Of a DNA stretch of 64,000 nt, positions 8,416-18,900 are shown one piece after another; position 1 is the first letter of the stretch; the number at the start of each line of letters is the position of its first letter. The stretch lies in IMG/VR virus record IMGVR_UViG_3300008107_000014, positions 1-64,000 of that record. The stretch is one strand, 5' to 3'. The DNA is from a virus. A model generated the notes under the pieces. The model ran no database searches. It saw nothing but the letters and a program-made list of their open reading frames with translations, and was not told the DNA's origin. The translations under genes and the position numbers were made by a program.

Positions 8416-9422
8416 AGGTTATGGTAAATGTCCAGCAATAGGTTCTTGTCAAAGGCATCGGATTCGATGGTTGTTAGTTGATTAACAACAATAGTGTCAA
8501 CACTTTCAAATGTAATGTCGCCTACAAATGCGTTATCACCTACTTCTTCTTTTTGCGGAATTAACATCAGCTCTCTTAAGCTGAATTGTTTCATAAATGT
8601 TTCTTTGATAAAGTTTGCTTCTTCAAAGCTTAGTGGCAAATCAATGTTTACCCTGGCATGCATCTTATCTCGCAGATGCTTTTCTGGTTCGTCGAGTAGC
8701 TGACTTAGTTTGAATACTCTAAATACAGGTTGATCCGGCCAAGTCTTGTATTGTGGCTTACCTCCCCACTCTAAGATCATCATACCACGATCGTCGTCGC
8801 CTGCATCTGCGTAGTTATGTGGGAAAGCATTGCCCATATAGACAATGTTTCCGCGTTCTTGACGCTTATGGAAGTGTCCAGTAAACACGTATTCTTGATT
8901 TACAAAGTGATTACTTTGTAATTGTCCGTGATCGGGCATTTGTACCATGGCATTCATATAGAAACTAGGTAGTTCTAAGTGTCCAAAGATATAACGACTC
9001 TTAAGTTTTTCAACATGTTTCCACTCGTCAGCAATCAACCAAGGCATGATAGTTACATCGCCTTCGGTAATTGCTTCGTTGACTAGAACAATGTTTGGAA
9101 ATAATCGTCCAAACTCTAAACTGTGGATCTCACGTTTGTCTTTGTAAAACATATCGTGATTGCCGGTGATGACATAGACTTTCTCAAAGCTAGCATTGAG
9201 TCGTTCTAGATTAGATACTGTATAATTCATAGTACTCACGTCAGTGGTACTACGGTTGTGATGCCAGTCACCTAAGAAGATGCAAGTTTCTGCGCCTTCT
9301 GCTTTAGCAGTATCACAAAACCATTTAACAAAGTCTTCGCAATCTTGGTTATGAATTCTACTACCGCTTTTAAGTCCAAAGTGTATATCGGTAAAACAGG
9401 CTACTTTTTTAAATAATGACAT
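8412..9422 (-). CDS. gp47: Recombination endonuclease nuclease subunit (Mre11/SbcD-like)
   Basis: Metallophosphoesterase motifs DIHFG, GD, GNHD, GH, GHFH; adjacent to gp46. Confidence 0.95.
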   Translation of the reverse strand: MSLFKKVACFTDIHFGLKSGSRIHNQDCEDFVKWFCDTAKAEGAETCIFLGDWHHNRSTTDVSTMNYTVSNLERLNASFEKVYVITGNHDMFYKDKREIHSLEFGRLFPNIVLVNEAITEGDVTIMPWLIADEWKHVEKLKSRYIFGHLELPSFYMNAMVQMPDHGQLQSNHFVNQEYVFTGHFHKRQERGNIVYMGNAFPHNYADAGDDDRGMMILEWGGKPQYKTWPDQPVFRVFKLSQLLDEPEKHLRDKMHARVNIDLPLSFEEANFIKETFMKQFSLRELMLIPQKEEVGDNAFVGDITFESVDTIVVNQLTTIESDAFDKNLLLDIYHNL

Positions 9423-9438
9423 ATTGATCTCCTTTTAC

Positions 9439-9467
9439 ATTGTACTACCTTACAACGAGAAGATCAA
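9439..9467 (-). promoter_or_regulatory. Sigma70-like promoter for gp47-gp46
   Basis: TTGATC-N17-TACAAT on the minus strand, followed by SD AAGGAG and the ATG at 9422. Confidence 0.6.
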
Positions 9468-9473
9468 TCCCAA

Positions 9474-10049
9474 TTAGGTATACCCGCGGACGTTTCCTCT
9501 AGTTGCATATCTTTCACATAACTTAATAAACATGCGAGCTAGATTATTAGTCATCTTGCCGTGTTCTTTGTTAAATTCGCCGAGCTGTACATCACCTTTC
9601 CAGTGACTCTTTCCTACACAAACTAGGTTATCATTTTCGTCAAACTTCCAATGCTGGAATGGGGGGAAGTTTACCTTCTCGTGACTGTCTGCCCTAGACT
9701 TTACAGTCTTCTTTCGACCCGGTGCAAGGGGAACATGATCAAAGGTCATTACTCTAAACACTACATCTTGCTTGCCGACTTTCTTATAGTCGACTTCAAA
9801 GTTTTTCTGCATTGCTTTCTTGTCTGTTAACAACGCCTGCTCGTGCAGTTGTTTGCCTAGTTTAACAGCTTTTGCACGTTTTGCTTCGGCAATAGTTCGG
9901 ATATTAATTTTACTTAGGTCCGTGACAATCAGGTCATAATTATGATAGTCAGGATTAATAAAGGAGCAATATGTGTTCTTGCTTAAATGGATTTCTTTTA
10001 GTAGATCTTTGTTTGTTAAGTACTTAATCTTCGGTATTGTTATTGTCAT
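9474..10049 (-). pseudogene. gp55: Late-transcription sigma factor, T4 gp55-like, C-terminally truncated in this sequence
   Basis: N-terminal YLTNKDLLKEI; ends ...LCERYATRGNVRGYT*, matching the start of the gp55 region-2 block (T4 ...KRFNFSGYT). The following EM/FD/NPxAY motifs are absent. Located upstream of gp47/gp46 as in T4-like phages. Confidence 0.65.
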
Positions 10050-10098
10050 TAAAAATGTATCCTCAGTTACTTATAATAATAGCACATTTTACTACGAA

Positions 10099-10104
10099 TA
10101 AATA
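10099..10104 (+). promoter_or_regulatory. Late-type TAAATA promoter for the baseplate operon
   Basis: TAAATA about 30 nt upstream of ATG 10133. Confidence 0.55.
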
Positions 10105-10132
10105 GAGTAAACAGGAACTAATATAACCAATT

Positions 10133-11311
10133 ATGGCACTCCCAGTTAATCCTTTATCAAAACTCATTGGCCTAGCCAGCGCCAGTGTTGCTGCGTCTCA
10201 AAGTCCCGCTGGCACCGACGGTAGCGCCTATGGTGCAGTTACTTCATCGTTGGGCACAGCTTCACAGAAAGCTGCGTTGGACTCACAGATATCAGCGGCC
10301 AGCGGCGGCCTTAACTCTCCGTTAAACGGCGTCACAGGTGGCGGCCGATATAATATTGAAAATTGGACAGGTACACTGTCTATGACTTCGGGACAAAATG
10401 CTGCTAACCAAACAGCAGTTGGCGGCATCCGAGGTTCACTAAACAACGGAACCGAATCGGTTGGAACTATTTCTAATTCTGGTGCAAGTGCCACTGATGC
10501 TATTGCTGCTCTAACAGGCGGTGGTAGTAATGGTGGTAGTAGTGGTAACGGTGGTGGCGGTAGTAGCGGCGGAATTGGATCCGGGCTTGCAAAGCTAGCA
10601 GGTGCATTAGGTGCCGCAGCCGCAGCCGCCGGGCAAATTAACAATTTAATAAGTCTTGCTCGTGGGTTCAATTTACCTAGCGGTGCAGAGTTGTTTAAGA
10701 CCTTAAACAAAGTAAAGATTACTCCGTCGATTGAAGGCGACTGGCGGGTACGACTAAACTGTGATTTTGACACACTGTTTGGCAAAGGAACTTTTTCTAG
10801 ATTAACAGACACTGCCGGAATGGTGTTTCCTTTTACACCTAACATGTCTATCAGCAGCAAAGCAACCTATTCTACTATTGATCCAGTACACAGTAACTTT
10901 CCCTTTCAAGCATACAAGAATAGTGCAATTGAAGATATTCAAATATCCGGAGATTTTCCATGCGAAAACGAAAAGGATGCAGAATACTATCTTGAAGCGA
11001 CTATGTTTTTAAGATCTGCTACAAAAATGTTTTATGGTTCTGGAAACTTTGCCGGTAACCCGCCAATCATTTGTCAACTATCTGGATATGGCCCGCAGAT
11101 ACTAAACACTGTGCCTGTGGTCGTTAAGTCTTTCTCAATGGAACTCAAAGACGATGTCAACTATATTAAGGTCACAAAGAATGGTAAATTGAATTGGGTT
11201 CCAGTAATATCAACTATCTCAATTACAGTATCTCCAGTTTACAACAGAGAGCGTCTAAGAAAATTCAGCCTGCAAGATTTTGCTGCTGGAAAAGAAATAG
11301 GAATCATGTAA
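10133..11311 (+). CDS. Baseplate / tail-tube initiator protein (gp48/gp54-like tube fold) with Gly/Ser-rich N-terminus
   Basis: C-terminal DWRVRL, VFPFTP, PPIICQLSGYG, VPVVVKSFS tube-like motifs; first gene of the baseplate block. Confidence 0.55.
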   Translation: MALPVNPLSKLIGLASASVAASQSPAGTDGSAYGAVTSSLGTASQKAALDSQISAASGGLNSPLNGVTGGGRYNIENWTGTLSMTSGQNAANQTAVGGIRGSLNNGTESVGTISNSGASATDAIAALTGGGSNGGSSGNGGGGSSGGIGSGLAKLAGALGAAAAAAGQINNLISLARGFNLPSGAELFKTLNKVKITPSIEGDWRVRLNCDFDTLFGKGTFSRLTDTAGMVFPFTPNMSISSKATYSTIDPVHSNFPFQAYKNSAIEDIQISGDFPCENEKDAEYYLEATMFLRSATKMFYGSGNFAGNPPIICQLSGYGPQILNTVPVVVKSFSMELKDDVNYIKVTKNGKLNWVPVISTISITVSPVYNRERLRKFSLQDFAAGKEIGIM

Positions 11312-11312
11312 G

Positions 11313-11612
11313 ATGGCTACATATAGAAATAATAGTCCTTGGTTCACCACAGCGCAAAATAACTTGTATCTTGAAACACTTAACATCCGTCCGGTGCCTT
11401 CAGAACCGGATGATTTTTTGTATGCAATTGAGCAGCAATATAAATTTAGACCAGACTTATTAGCATATGATCTTTACGGTGATTCAAAACTGTGGTGGGT
11501 GTTTACACAGCGTAATATGAATATATTAAAGGATCCTATTTTTGATTTTACAGCAGGTACTAGAATTTATTTGCCTAAGAAATCTAATCTTTCACAATTC
11601 TTAGGAGTCTAA
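11313..11612 (+). CDS. gp53: Baseplate wedge protein, gp53/LysM-like
   Basis: RPDLLAYDLYGDSKLWWVF motif and terminal GTRIYLP. Confidence 0.75.
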   Translation: MATYRNNSPWFTTAQNNLYLETLNIRPVPSEPDDFLYAIEQQYKFRPDLLAYDLYGDSKLWWVFTQRNMNILKDPIFDFTAGTRIYLPKKSNLSQFLGV

Positions 11613-11613
11613 G

Positions 11614-13938
11614 TTGCCAATTAGTGTTTACAGCCCCCAGGTAGCTGCACCTGCAACTAAAGTATCGCAGGGTTCTGCAACAGTTACTACTAATGAAAGA
11701 CCCGCAGCCGCAGCCGCACCTGTGCAACAAAATGCAGACGGTTCTAAATCTGCCCCACCTTCGTCTGGAAATACTAACAATGCTTCATCTAGTAGCGGAG
11801 GTGGAGGCAGCGCACAGACTTATTCCCCATCATACATATCTGAATTAGTAGGTAATCCATTAGATAACTTTGCATCATATGCTCCGTTATGGACGCTGGC
11901 TGTTTTAACTCCTAAACAATTTAACGATCCAACATCATACAGATCTGATGACGCTAGTTTTGCAGGTAATTCATACTTTGATGCAGCAGGTAATGTTGTT
12001 AAGTCTGGCGTTGTTTTCTCTTCGGCGGGAAGATACGATCAGTATAGAGTTAACACTGAATATGGTGCCCCGGAATATTTTGTTAATAACTTTGTTATGA
12101 ATTCTGTGATTGCTCCAACAGGTAAAACAGGCAACTCAAATGCTATTAAATTCTCATTTGATATTTTTGAACCCTACTCAATGGGTCTGTTATTACAAAG
12201 TTTACAGAACGCTGCTATTAAAGCTGGTTATGCCAGCTACCTTGATAATACTCCGTATTTGTTAAGATTGGATTTCGTTGGATATACTGATGACGGCACT
12301 CCTTCAAAGATTCAACGATCTAAATTCTTTACCTGCAAGTTGTTATCAGTTAAGTTCGATGTTACAGAATCAGGCAGCAATTATAAAGTTGAAGCTATTC
12401 CATATAATCATCAAGCTTTTGGCAAAGTAACAAATACATTATATAAAGACTATACTTTGATCGGCGGAAGCATTCAAGAATTATTAGCCACTGGTGAACA
12501 ATCACTATCGGCAATTTTAAATAAAGAACAAGAAGATAATGTAGCCAACGCAAAAAATCAAGCTAAGGCTAATGAGTATGTTTTTGTATTTCCTAAAGAT
12601 GCACACGATTCAATTGGCGTTACTGTTACTGCAACAGCCGGCGACGGCGGTGCAACAAGTAACAAGTTTCAATACAAGCCGATTACTGTAAAAGCTCCAC
12701 CTGCAGAAACAACAGACTTTGGCAATAACATGATTGGCGATTCTGATATGGGGTTTACCGCAGGCTCGGGCGGAACTTATCCGGCTAGTAAAGAAGCTGA
12801 CGTCTATGACGAAGACACAGGCAGATTTGATAAATCAAAAGTTCAATTAAATGCTACTAAACGCCAGTTCCAGTTTACTCAAGGGCAAACGATTACACAC
12901 ATTATTACACAATTAATATTAAGTAGTTCTTTTGCTAAAAATGCGTTAACTGAAGCAAAGTTAAAACCGGACGGTACTATTACTTGGTTTAAAATTGATG
13001 TTCAAATACAGTTAAAAGAATACGATGTGCTTGCTAAGGATTTTGCTAAAAAAATAATTTATAGAATTGTTCCATATTCTGTTCACTCGAGCGTGTTTCA
13101 AAATCCAACAGCAACTCCTGTGGGATATAAACAGTTAGAAAAAAAGATTGCTAAAAGATACGATTACATCTACACAGGACAAAATAATAGTATTATTAAA
13201 TTTGATCTGCAATTTAATACTTCTTTCTTTGCAGGTGCAAATCCGTCGAGTCCGGAAAAGTCCGGCAATGTTGCTAACCCCGGATCTAGTAGCTCTTCCA
13301 AAGAAGAAAACACAAAATATGCAGCAGTTGCTGGATCTGGAGCAGCGGCACAAACTGCACTAACTGGCATGGCACCGGTTAAGAACGACCCAGCACTATT
13401 AGACAAACAATATTCAGGCGGTTCTGGAGATTCTACTCCAGAAAAGAAAGTAGCAGAATCATTTCAACGTAGTTTTTTAAACAGCGGCGACATGATTACC
13501 TGCGGCATTGAATTAATAGGTGATCCTTACTGGATGGTTGACAGTGGTATTGGCAATTACATTGCTAAGAAAGTAACAGATGCAGTTACAGAAGACGGTA
13601 CTATGACCTATGATGGTAGTGATGTATACACATATATTACATTTAGAACTCCGTCGGACGTTTTAGAAGGCACTGGATTAATGGGATTTCCTAACCAGGG
13701 CAAAGTAAGTGGCTTTAGTGGAATTTATAAAGTACTTTCGTGTGAAAGTAGATTCACAGACGGCAAATTTACACAACAATTAAAACTTGTAAGAATGCCC
13801 GGTCAAGCAACAGACTTCAATCTTGAGAAACAACCTGCAGAAAATAGATCTAGTGTATTCCAGGTTGTACCAATCGGTGTAGTAACGAATGTAGATGATA
13901 CTACTACGCCTGCAAATAATACGGATACCGCAGCATGA
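11614..13938 (+). CDS. Baseplate hub protein (gp27 / late control D-like)
   Basis: Located between gp53 and gp5; C-terminal IELIGDPY and SGIYKVLSCESRFTDGKFTQQLKLVR typical of hub proteins. Confidence 0.6.
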   Translation: MPISVYSPQVAAPATKVSQGSATVTTNERPAAAAAPVQQNADGSKSAPPSSGNTNNASSSSGGGGSAQTYSPSYISELVGNPLDNFASYAPLWTLAVLTPKQFNDPTSYRSDDASFAGNSYFDAAGNVVKSGVVFSSAGRYDQYRVNTEYGAPEYFVNNFVMNSVIAPTGKTGNSNAIKFSFDIFEPYSMGLLLQSLQNAAIKAGYASYLDNTPYLLRLDFVGYTDDGTPSKIQRSKFFTCKLLSVKFDVTESGSNYKVEAIPYNHQAFGKVTNTLYKDYTLIGGSIQELLATGEQSLSAILNKEQEDNVANAKNQAKANEYVFVFPKDAHDSIGVTVTATAGDGGATSNKFQYKPITVKAPPAETTDFGNNMIGDSDMGFTAGSGGTYPASKEADVYDEDTGRFDKSKVQLNATKRQFQFTQGQTITHIITQLILSSSFAKNALTEAKLKPDGTITWFKIDVQIQLKEYDVLAKDFAKKIIYRIVPYSVHSSVFQNPTATPVGYKQLEKKIAKRYDYIYTGQNNSIIKFDLQFNTSFFAGANPSSPEKSGNVANPGSSSSSKEENTKYAAVAGSGAAAQTALTGMAPVKNDPALLDKQYSGGSGDSTPEKKVAESFQRSFLNSGDMITCGIELIGDPYWMVDSGIGNYIAKKVTDAVTEDGTMTYDGSDVYTYITFRTPSDVLEGTGLMGFPNQGKVSGFSGIYKVLSCESRFTDGKFTQQLKLVRMPGQATDFNLEKQPAENRSSVFQVVPIGVVTNVDDTTTPANNTDTAA

Positions 13939-15509
13939 GTAATTCAAATACAGACACTAGACCGTCAGCCGCTGTCAGCGGTAAGAAGAATATGGGGCCT
14001 GGAATCTATAAGGCCACAGTTGTTGGTCACATGGATCCTAGTTACATGGGTGGTCTTAAAGTTGTTTTGCAAAAAGAGCAAGGCAATGATAAAAACAGAG
14101 AAGGTCAGCAGTTTCTTATTAAATGTGCTAGTCCGTTCTATGGGGCCACTGATTTTAATCACCAAGGCGAAAATCTAGCTTCAGAAACAGACGGTGCCAC
14201 AGGCTTTAACGACACACAAAAATCCTACGGTATGTGGTTTGTTCCGCCTGATATCGGCGGAACAGTTCTTTGCGTATTTGTCAACGGTGACCCCGGCGAA
14301 GGGTACTGGATTGCTTGTGTCCCAGACAAATTTGCTAACCACATGATTCCTGCTATTGGCGGAAGTTTAGATTTAGATATTAGTGCCGACGACAAAAAGA
14401 AATACAGTACCGATATGCCCTTACCCGTTGGAGAGATCAACAGGCTTGTCAACGATTTAACAAAAAATGAAAGTATTGGCACTATTAAAAAGCCGGTGCA
14501 CCCTATTGCTGATAGATTTTTAGAGCAGGGGTTGTTAGAAGATGACTGCCGCGGAACTAGCCCATCTAATGTAAGACGCAGTTTGCCTAATATGTTGTTT
14601 GGTATTAGCACTCCTGGTCCGTTAGATCAAGAAGGTAAAAAGAAAAACATTGGCAGTTCGGATAAACCACAGCCAGTAAGTCGATTGGGCGGCACACAGA
14701 TTGTCATGGATGACGGTGACGATCAGTATCAACGTAAAAAACCCGCCAGCGAGGGTGGTGTAGAATATGCAGATACACTGGCAAAAGAAAAAGGCCAGCC
14801 TAATATTCCTTATAGTGAATATTTCCGTATTAGAACTCGTACTGGTCATCAGCTATTAATGCACAACAGTGAGGATTTAATTTACATTGGCAATGCCAAA
14901 GGTACTACCTGGATTGAACTAACTGCCAACGGTAAAATTGATATATTTGCAGAAGATAGTATTAGTATTCATACTCGAAATGATATTAACTTTCGTGCAG
15001 ATCGTGACGTGAACATTGAAGCAGGTCGCAACATTAATATGCGAGCCGAGTCTGGTAGATTCCAGTTAGATGTGTTTACGGACTACAATATAACAGTTGG
15101 ACAAAACGGTAAAATTACCGTAGGCAAAGAATACGAAACAGTAGTAGGCGGGAGCACTAAACTTACCACTACAAATAATTATGACGTTAACACCGGTAAA
15201 TCAAATGCGTTTACAGCAGGGTCAAACACTGACATACTAAGCTCAGGATACCATACAGAACAAGCCGCCCGTATTGATATGAACGGTCCAAAAGCTAAAG
15301 CAGCCGTAGCGGCCAAGCCTATTAATCCTTTGATACTAAGAGAAAACTTTATCACAGACACAACATTGGGCTGGGAAAAGAAATATCAAGACACAAAAAC
15401 ATTGTCAAGCATTATGCGTAGAGTACCTATGCACGAACCTTGGCTAGGGCACGAAAACTTTGCTCCTAATATTTGGACCAAAGAAAATACGGATAGGGAA
15501 AAAGAATAA
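13935..15509 (+). CDS. gp5: Baseplate central spike, gp5/VgrG-like (OB fold plus beta-helix, no lysozyme domain evident)
   Basis: GMWFVPPDIGGTVLCVFVNGDPGEGYWIAC (gp5 OB fold); RIRTRTGHQLLM, GTTWIEL and repeated beta-strand units. Confidence 0.75.
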   Translation: MSNSNTDTRPSAAVSGKKNMGPGIYKATVVGHMDPSYMGGLKVVLQKEQGNDKNREGQQFLIKCASPFYGATDFNHQGENLASETDGATGFNDTQKSYGMWFVPPDIGGTVLCVFVNGDPGEGYWIACVPDKFANHMIPAIGGSLDLDISADDKKKYSTDMPLPVGEINRLVNDLTKNESIGTIKKPVHPIADRFLEQGLLEDDCRGTSPSNVRRSLPNMLFGISTPGPLDQEGKKKNIGSSDKPQPVSRLGGTQIVMDDGDDQYQRKKPASEGGVEYADTLAKEKGQPNIPYSEYFRIRTRTGHQLLMHNSEDLIYIGNAKGTTWIELTANGKIDIFAEDSISIHTRNDINFRADRDVNIEAGRNINMRAESGRFQLDVFTDYNITVGQNGKITVGKEYETVVGGSTKLTTTNNYDVNTGKSNAFTAGSNTDILSSGYHTEQAARIDMNGPKAKAAVAAKPINPLILRENFITDTTLGWEKKYQDTKTLSSIMRRVPMHEPWLGHENFAPNIWTKENTDREKE

Positions 15510-15511
15510 TT

Positions 15512-15952
15512 ATGGCTAATAAACTTTACAGTCAAAAACGAGTAGCAGTTAATAAAGCTACGACAGGAGATGCTAACTCGGGCTTCTTTACCTATAAAGG
15601 ATTCAGTAGTCAACAAACTAAAAAGAAGTTTAAGCTCTACGATATTGAGTTAGTTAAGCAAGACTTGATCAATCATTTTCATATCCGTAAAGGCGAGAAG
15701 TTAGAAAATCCAGACTTTGGTACAGTTATTTGGGATATGTTATTTGAACAAATGACTGAAGAAAACAAACGCATTATTACCAAAGATGTTGAAGACGTTA
15801 TTAACTCTGATCCAAGAATTTCTATCAACGGTGTAACAATCGACTCAACTGACCAAGGAATCCGCATCGAAGTGGACTGCGTATATATGCCCTTTAACAT
15901 CAACGAGCGTATGAGCTTTAACTTTGACAAGACAAATAACATTATTAGATAA
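15512..15952 (+). CDS. gp25: Baseplate wedge / sheath initiator, gp25-like
   Basis: LVKQDLINHFHIRKGEKLENPDFGT...LFE...DPRI, typical of the GPW/gp25 family. Confidence 0.9.
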   Translation: MANKLYSQKRVAVNKATTGDANSGFFTYKGFSSQQTKKKFKLYDIELVKQDLINHFHIRKGEKLENPDFGTVIWDMLFEQMTEENKRIITKDVEDVINSDPRISINGVTIDSTDQGIRIEVDCVYMPFNINERMSFNFDKTNNIIR

Positions 15953-15974
15953 AACAGCACTTAATTTTGTCTGG

Positions 15975-15980
15975 TAAATA
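15975..15980 (+). promoter_or_regulatory. Late-type TAAATA promoter
   Basis: TAAATA 19 nt upstream of the gp6 ATG. Confidence 0.55.
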
Positions 15981-15998
15981 TGTAATAGGGATAGCAAA

Positions 15999-18900
15999 AT
16001 GACTACAACTGCAAGACAAAATAACTTAATTTTAGCAGAAGATTGGACTAAAATTTATCAGACATTTAGAAGTGCTGACTTCAAATCGTACGATTTTGAA
16101 AATCTGCGCAGAGTAATGATCACGTATCTTCGTGAGAATTATCCAGAGGATTTCAACGACTATATTGAAAGTTCTGAATATCTTGCGCTAATTGATGTTA
16201 TCGCATTCCTTGGACAAAGTCTATCGTTCCGCATTGACCTGGCTTCTAGAGAAAACTTTATTGACCTAGCTGACAGAAAAGAGTCAGTGTTGCGTCTAGC
16301 CCAGATGTTATCCTATAATGCTAAACGTAATAAACCATCAAGCGGATTATTAAAGTTTGACACTATTTCAACTACTGAAACTATCAAAGATAGCAACGGT
16401 AAAAATCTTTCTAAGCAAACAATTATTTGGAATGACCCTACTAATTCTAATTGGTATGAGCAGTTCGTTCTAATCTTAAATTCAGCTATGGCATCAAACT
16501 TAGAGTTTGGTAGAAGCCAAGGCGAAGCAGTAGTTGACGGCATTAAAACACAACAGTATGTGTTCAATACCTACAGCACTGATGTTCCTGTATTTGCATT
16601 CTCCAAAGCTGTAGCAGCAAGAAATACAGTTTTTGAATTAGTCAGCACATTGGTTAATACTACCACTTCTACAATTGAAGAAGAAGCTCCAACACCAGGA
16701 ACACAAATTGGATTTGTGTTTAAGACAGACGGCAAAGGATCAGCTAGTGCCAACACTGGTTTTTACATGATGTTTAAACAGGGCAGTTTAGAACTAGCTG
16801 ACTTTGCAATTGCACAGCCAACTACTAATGAAAAAGTTTCAATTGAAAATCCTAACATCAATAATGATGACGTATGGTTATTTTCTCTAGGCTCAACAGG
16901 AATCCAAGGAGAACAATGGACTCCTGTTTCGAGTTTATCCGGCAACAATATATTGTATAACAGTATAAACAAAAATATTAGAAACATCTACAGCGTTATT
17001 ACTAAGCCAGATGATAAAATTGATTTACAGTTCTCAGACGGTATCTACGGTAATTTGCCACAAGGCAGCTTTAGAGCTTATTACAGAGTTTCAAACGGTT
17101 TATCTTATTCTATTGCCCCAACAGAAATGCGCGGCATTAATATCGACATTCCATATGTTAATAAACAAGGCAGTGCTCATACTTTAACAATTAGCATGGG
17201 GTTGAAATATACCGTATCTAATTCAGCAGCAACTGAAGACATTGAAAGCATTAGAACAAAAGCACCGGCAATTTATTACACACAAAATAGAATGATTACT
17301 GCGGAGGATTACAATCTTGCTCCGCTAAATGCATCACAGGAAATTTTAAAAGTCAAAGCAATTAACAGAACTGCCAGCGGCATTAGTCGTAATTTTGATA
17401 TTATTGATGCCACTGGAAAATATTCTACTGTTAACGTATTTGCTGACGATGGTCTAATTTATAAAAATGAAATTGAAAAATTAGTATCTTTTAAATTTAC
17501 AAATAGATCACAGTTAATAAACTTTGTTAGAAATATTGTGGAAGACGAAATTTCTAATACCGGAATTTATAATTTTTATCTAACTAAGTTTGATAAGATT
17601 ACTATTGCCGATAATGCCACGGCATGGCTCCAGGTCACAAAAGATATCGGTATATCAACAGGATATTTTCAAAATAGCAATGATTCGGCAAAAATTAGAG
17701 TTAGCAATTATACATCTACAAATATGCGATTTGTTGAAACTGGGTCGTTAGTTAAGTTTGTACCTCCAGCCGGTAAGGCTTTTAAGAGAGGAAAACTAGT
17801 AACTGCCAACAGCACAGATGCCGCACAAACTGATAGACTATGGGCAAAGATAGTAAGCGTAGTAGGCGATGGAACAAATGCAAATAGAGGTGCGCTAGCC
17901 AGCGGACTTGGTCCTATAACATTTGATGAAGAAATTCCCACTGGTGCAATTGCAAAAAGAATAGTTCCAAAATTTTTAACAGACTTTGATTCTGCATTAG
18001 AATCTGAAATTGTTAATCTAATGTTTAATTTAACTACCTTTGGGCTACGATATAATATCGAAACTCGATCATGGAAAATTATTACTTCATCTAATTTAAA
18101 CATAAGCAGTCCATATTTCAATCCTGCAACTAGTGGAGATGTATCCGGCACTAATGCAGATAATTCTTGGTTGTTGTCGTTTGTTTATACTGGTGTACAA
18201 TACAATGTTACAGTTAGAGAATTGGATTACGTTTTTGAAAGTGAACAACAAAATAGATTCTATTTTGATAATCAAGAAAAAATATATGATTCAAAGACAG
18301 GATCAGTTGTTAAAGATCAAGTTAATATCTTAGGCATTAACGCAGACTATACTTTATTAAGTCCTCTTAAGAACGATGTTAAATTTGAAATTAGCGATGG
18401 TGTTCGATACACCGACGGATATCAAAGTACAAGTTCAGTCAAGCTAGGATTCTTCGATGCAGACGATGATGGTATCATTGATAACCCGGAGGCATTTGAG
18501 TTAGTTGCCGGCGGAGATCAAAATTTAAAATATCTATTTTTCCGCCGCACAATAGATGAATACGGTGCAGAGATTTACAAATATATTGACAATACTAACG
18601 GTAGTATTTTAATTAGAAATAAAACAACAGATGTAGATATTAATGATGCAGAATTTACTGTAGGAACACTTGTTTATTTTTATGACATTGACGAAGATGT
18701 AGTAAAGAAAGTATCGTTGACATCGAATGGAAGTAAAATTTTTGAAATTGATAGTTCTTACAGAGCCAATATAGGTAGAGACAAAATCAAATTCCAATAC
18801 ATACATCATGCAGGAGTTGATAGACGAATCGATCCAAGTGTTAGTAACATCATGGATGTTTACCTATTAACTCGTTCTTATGAAACTGCTTATGTTAACT

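Noticed and set aside
5490-9476. Giant group I intron interrupting gp55 (U|AA at 9476, GIY-YIG ORF inside, structured core at 5.5-6.0 kb)
   Set aside because: No pairable P7 (GACUG has no downstream CAGUC). The only candidate 3' exon (AAT GAC GAA near 5515, minus strand) reads NDEASLRSNKYTTILG* and does not restore gp55 motifs.
9474-9476. Stop-codon reassignment or readthrough explaining the gp55 truncation
   Set aside because: Sequence after the TAA does not resemble gp55 and hits another stop within 8 codons. TAA, TGA and TAG all end intact genes elsewhere in the window.
10228-10860. 210-aa minus-strand ORF and similar antisense ORFs within structural genes
   Set aside because: Mirror frames of well-supported plus-strand genes, expected from codon bias.
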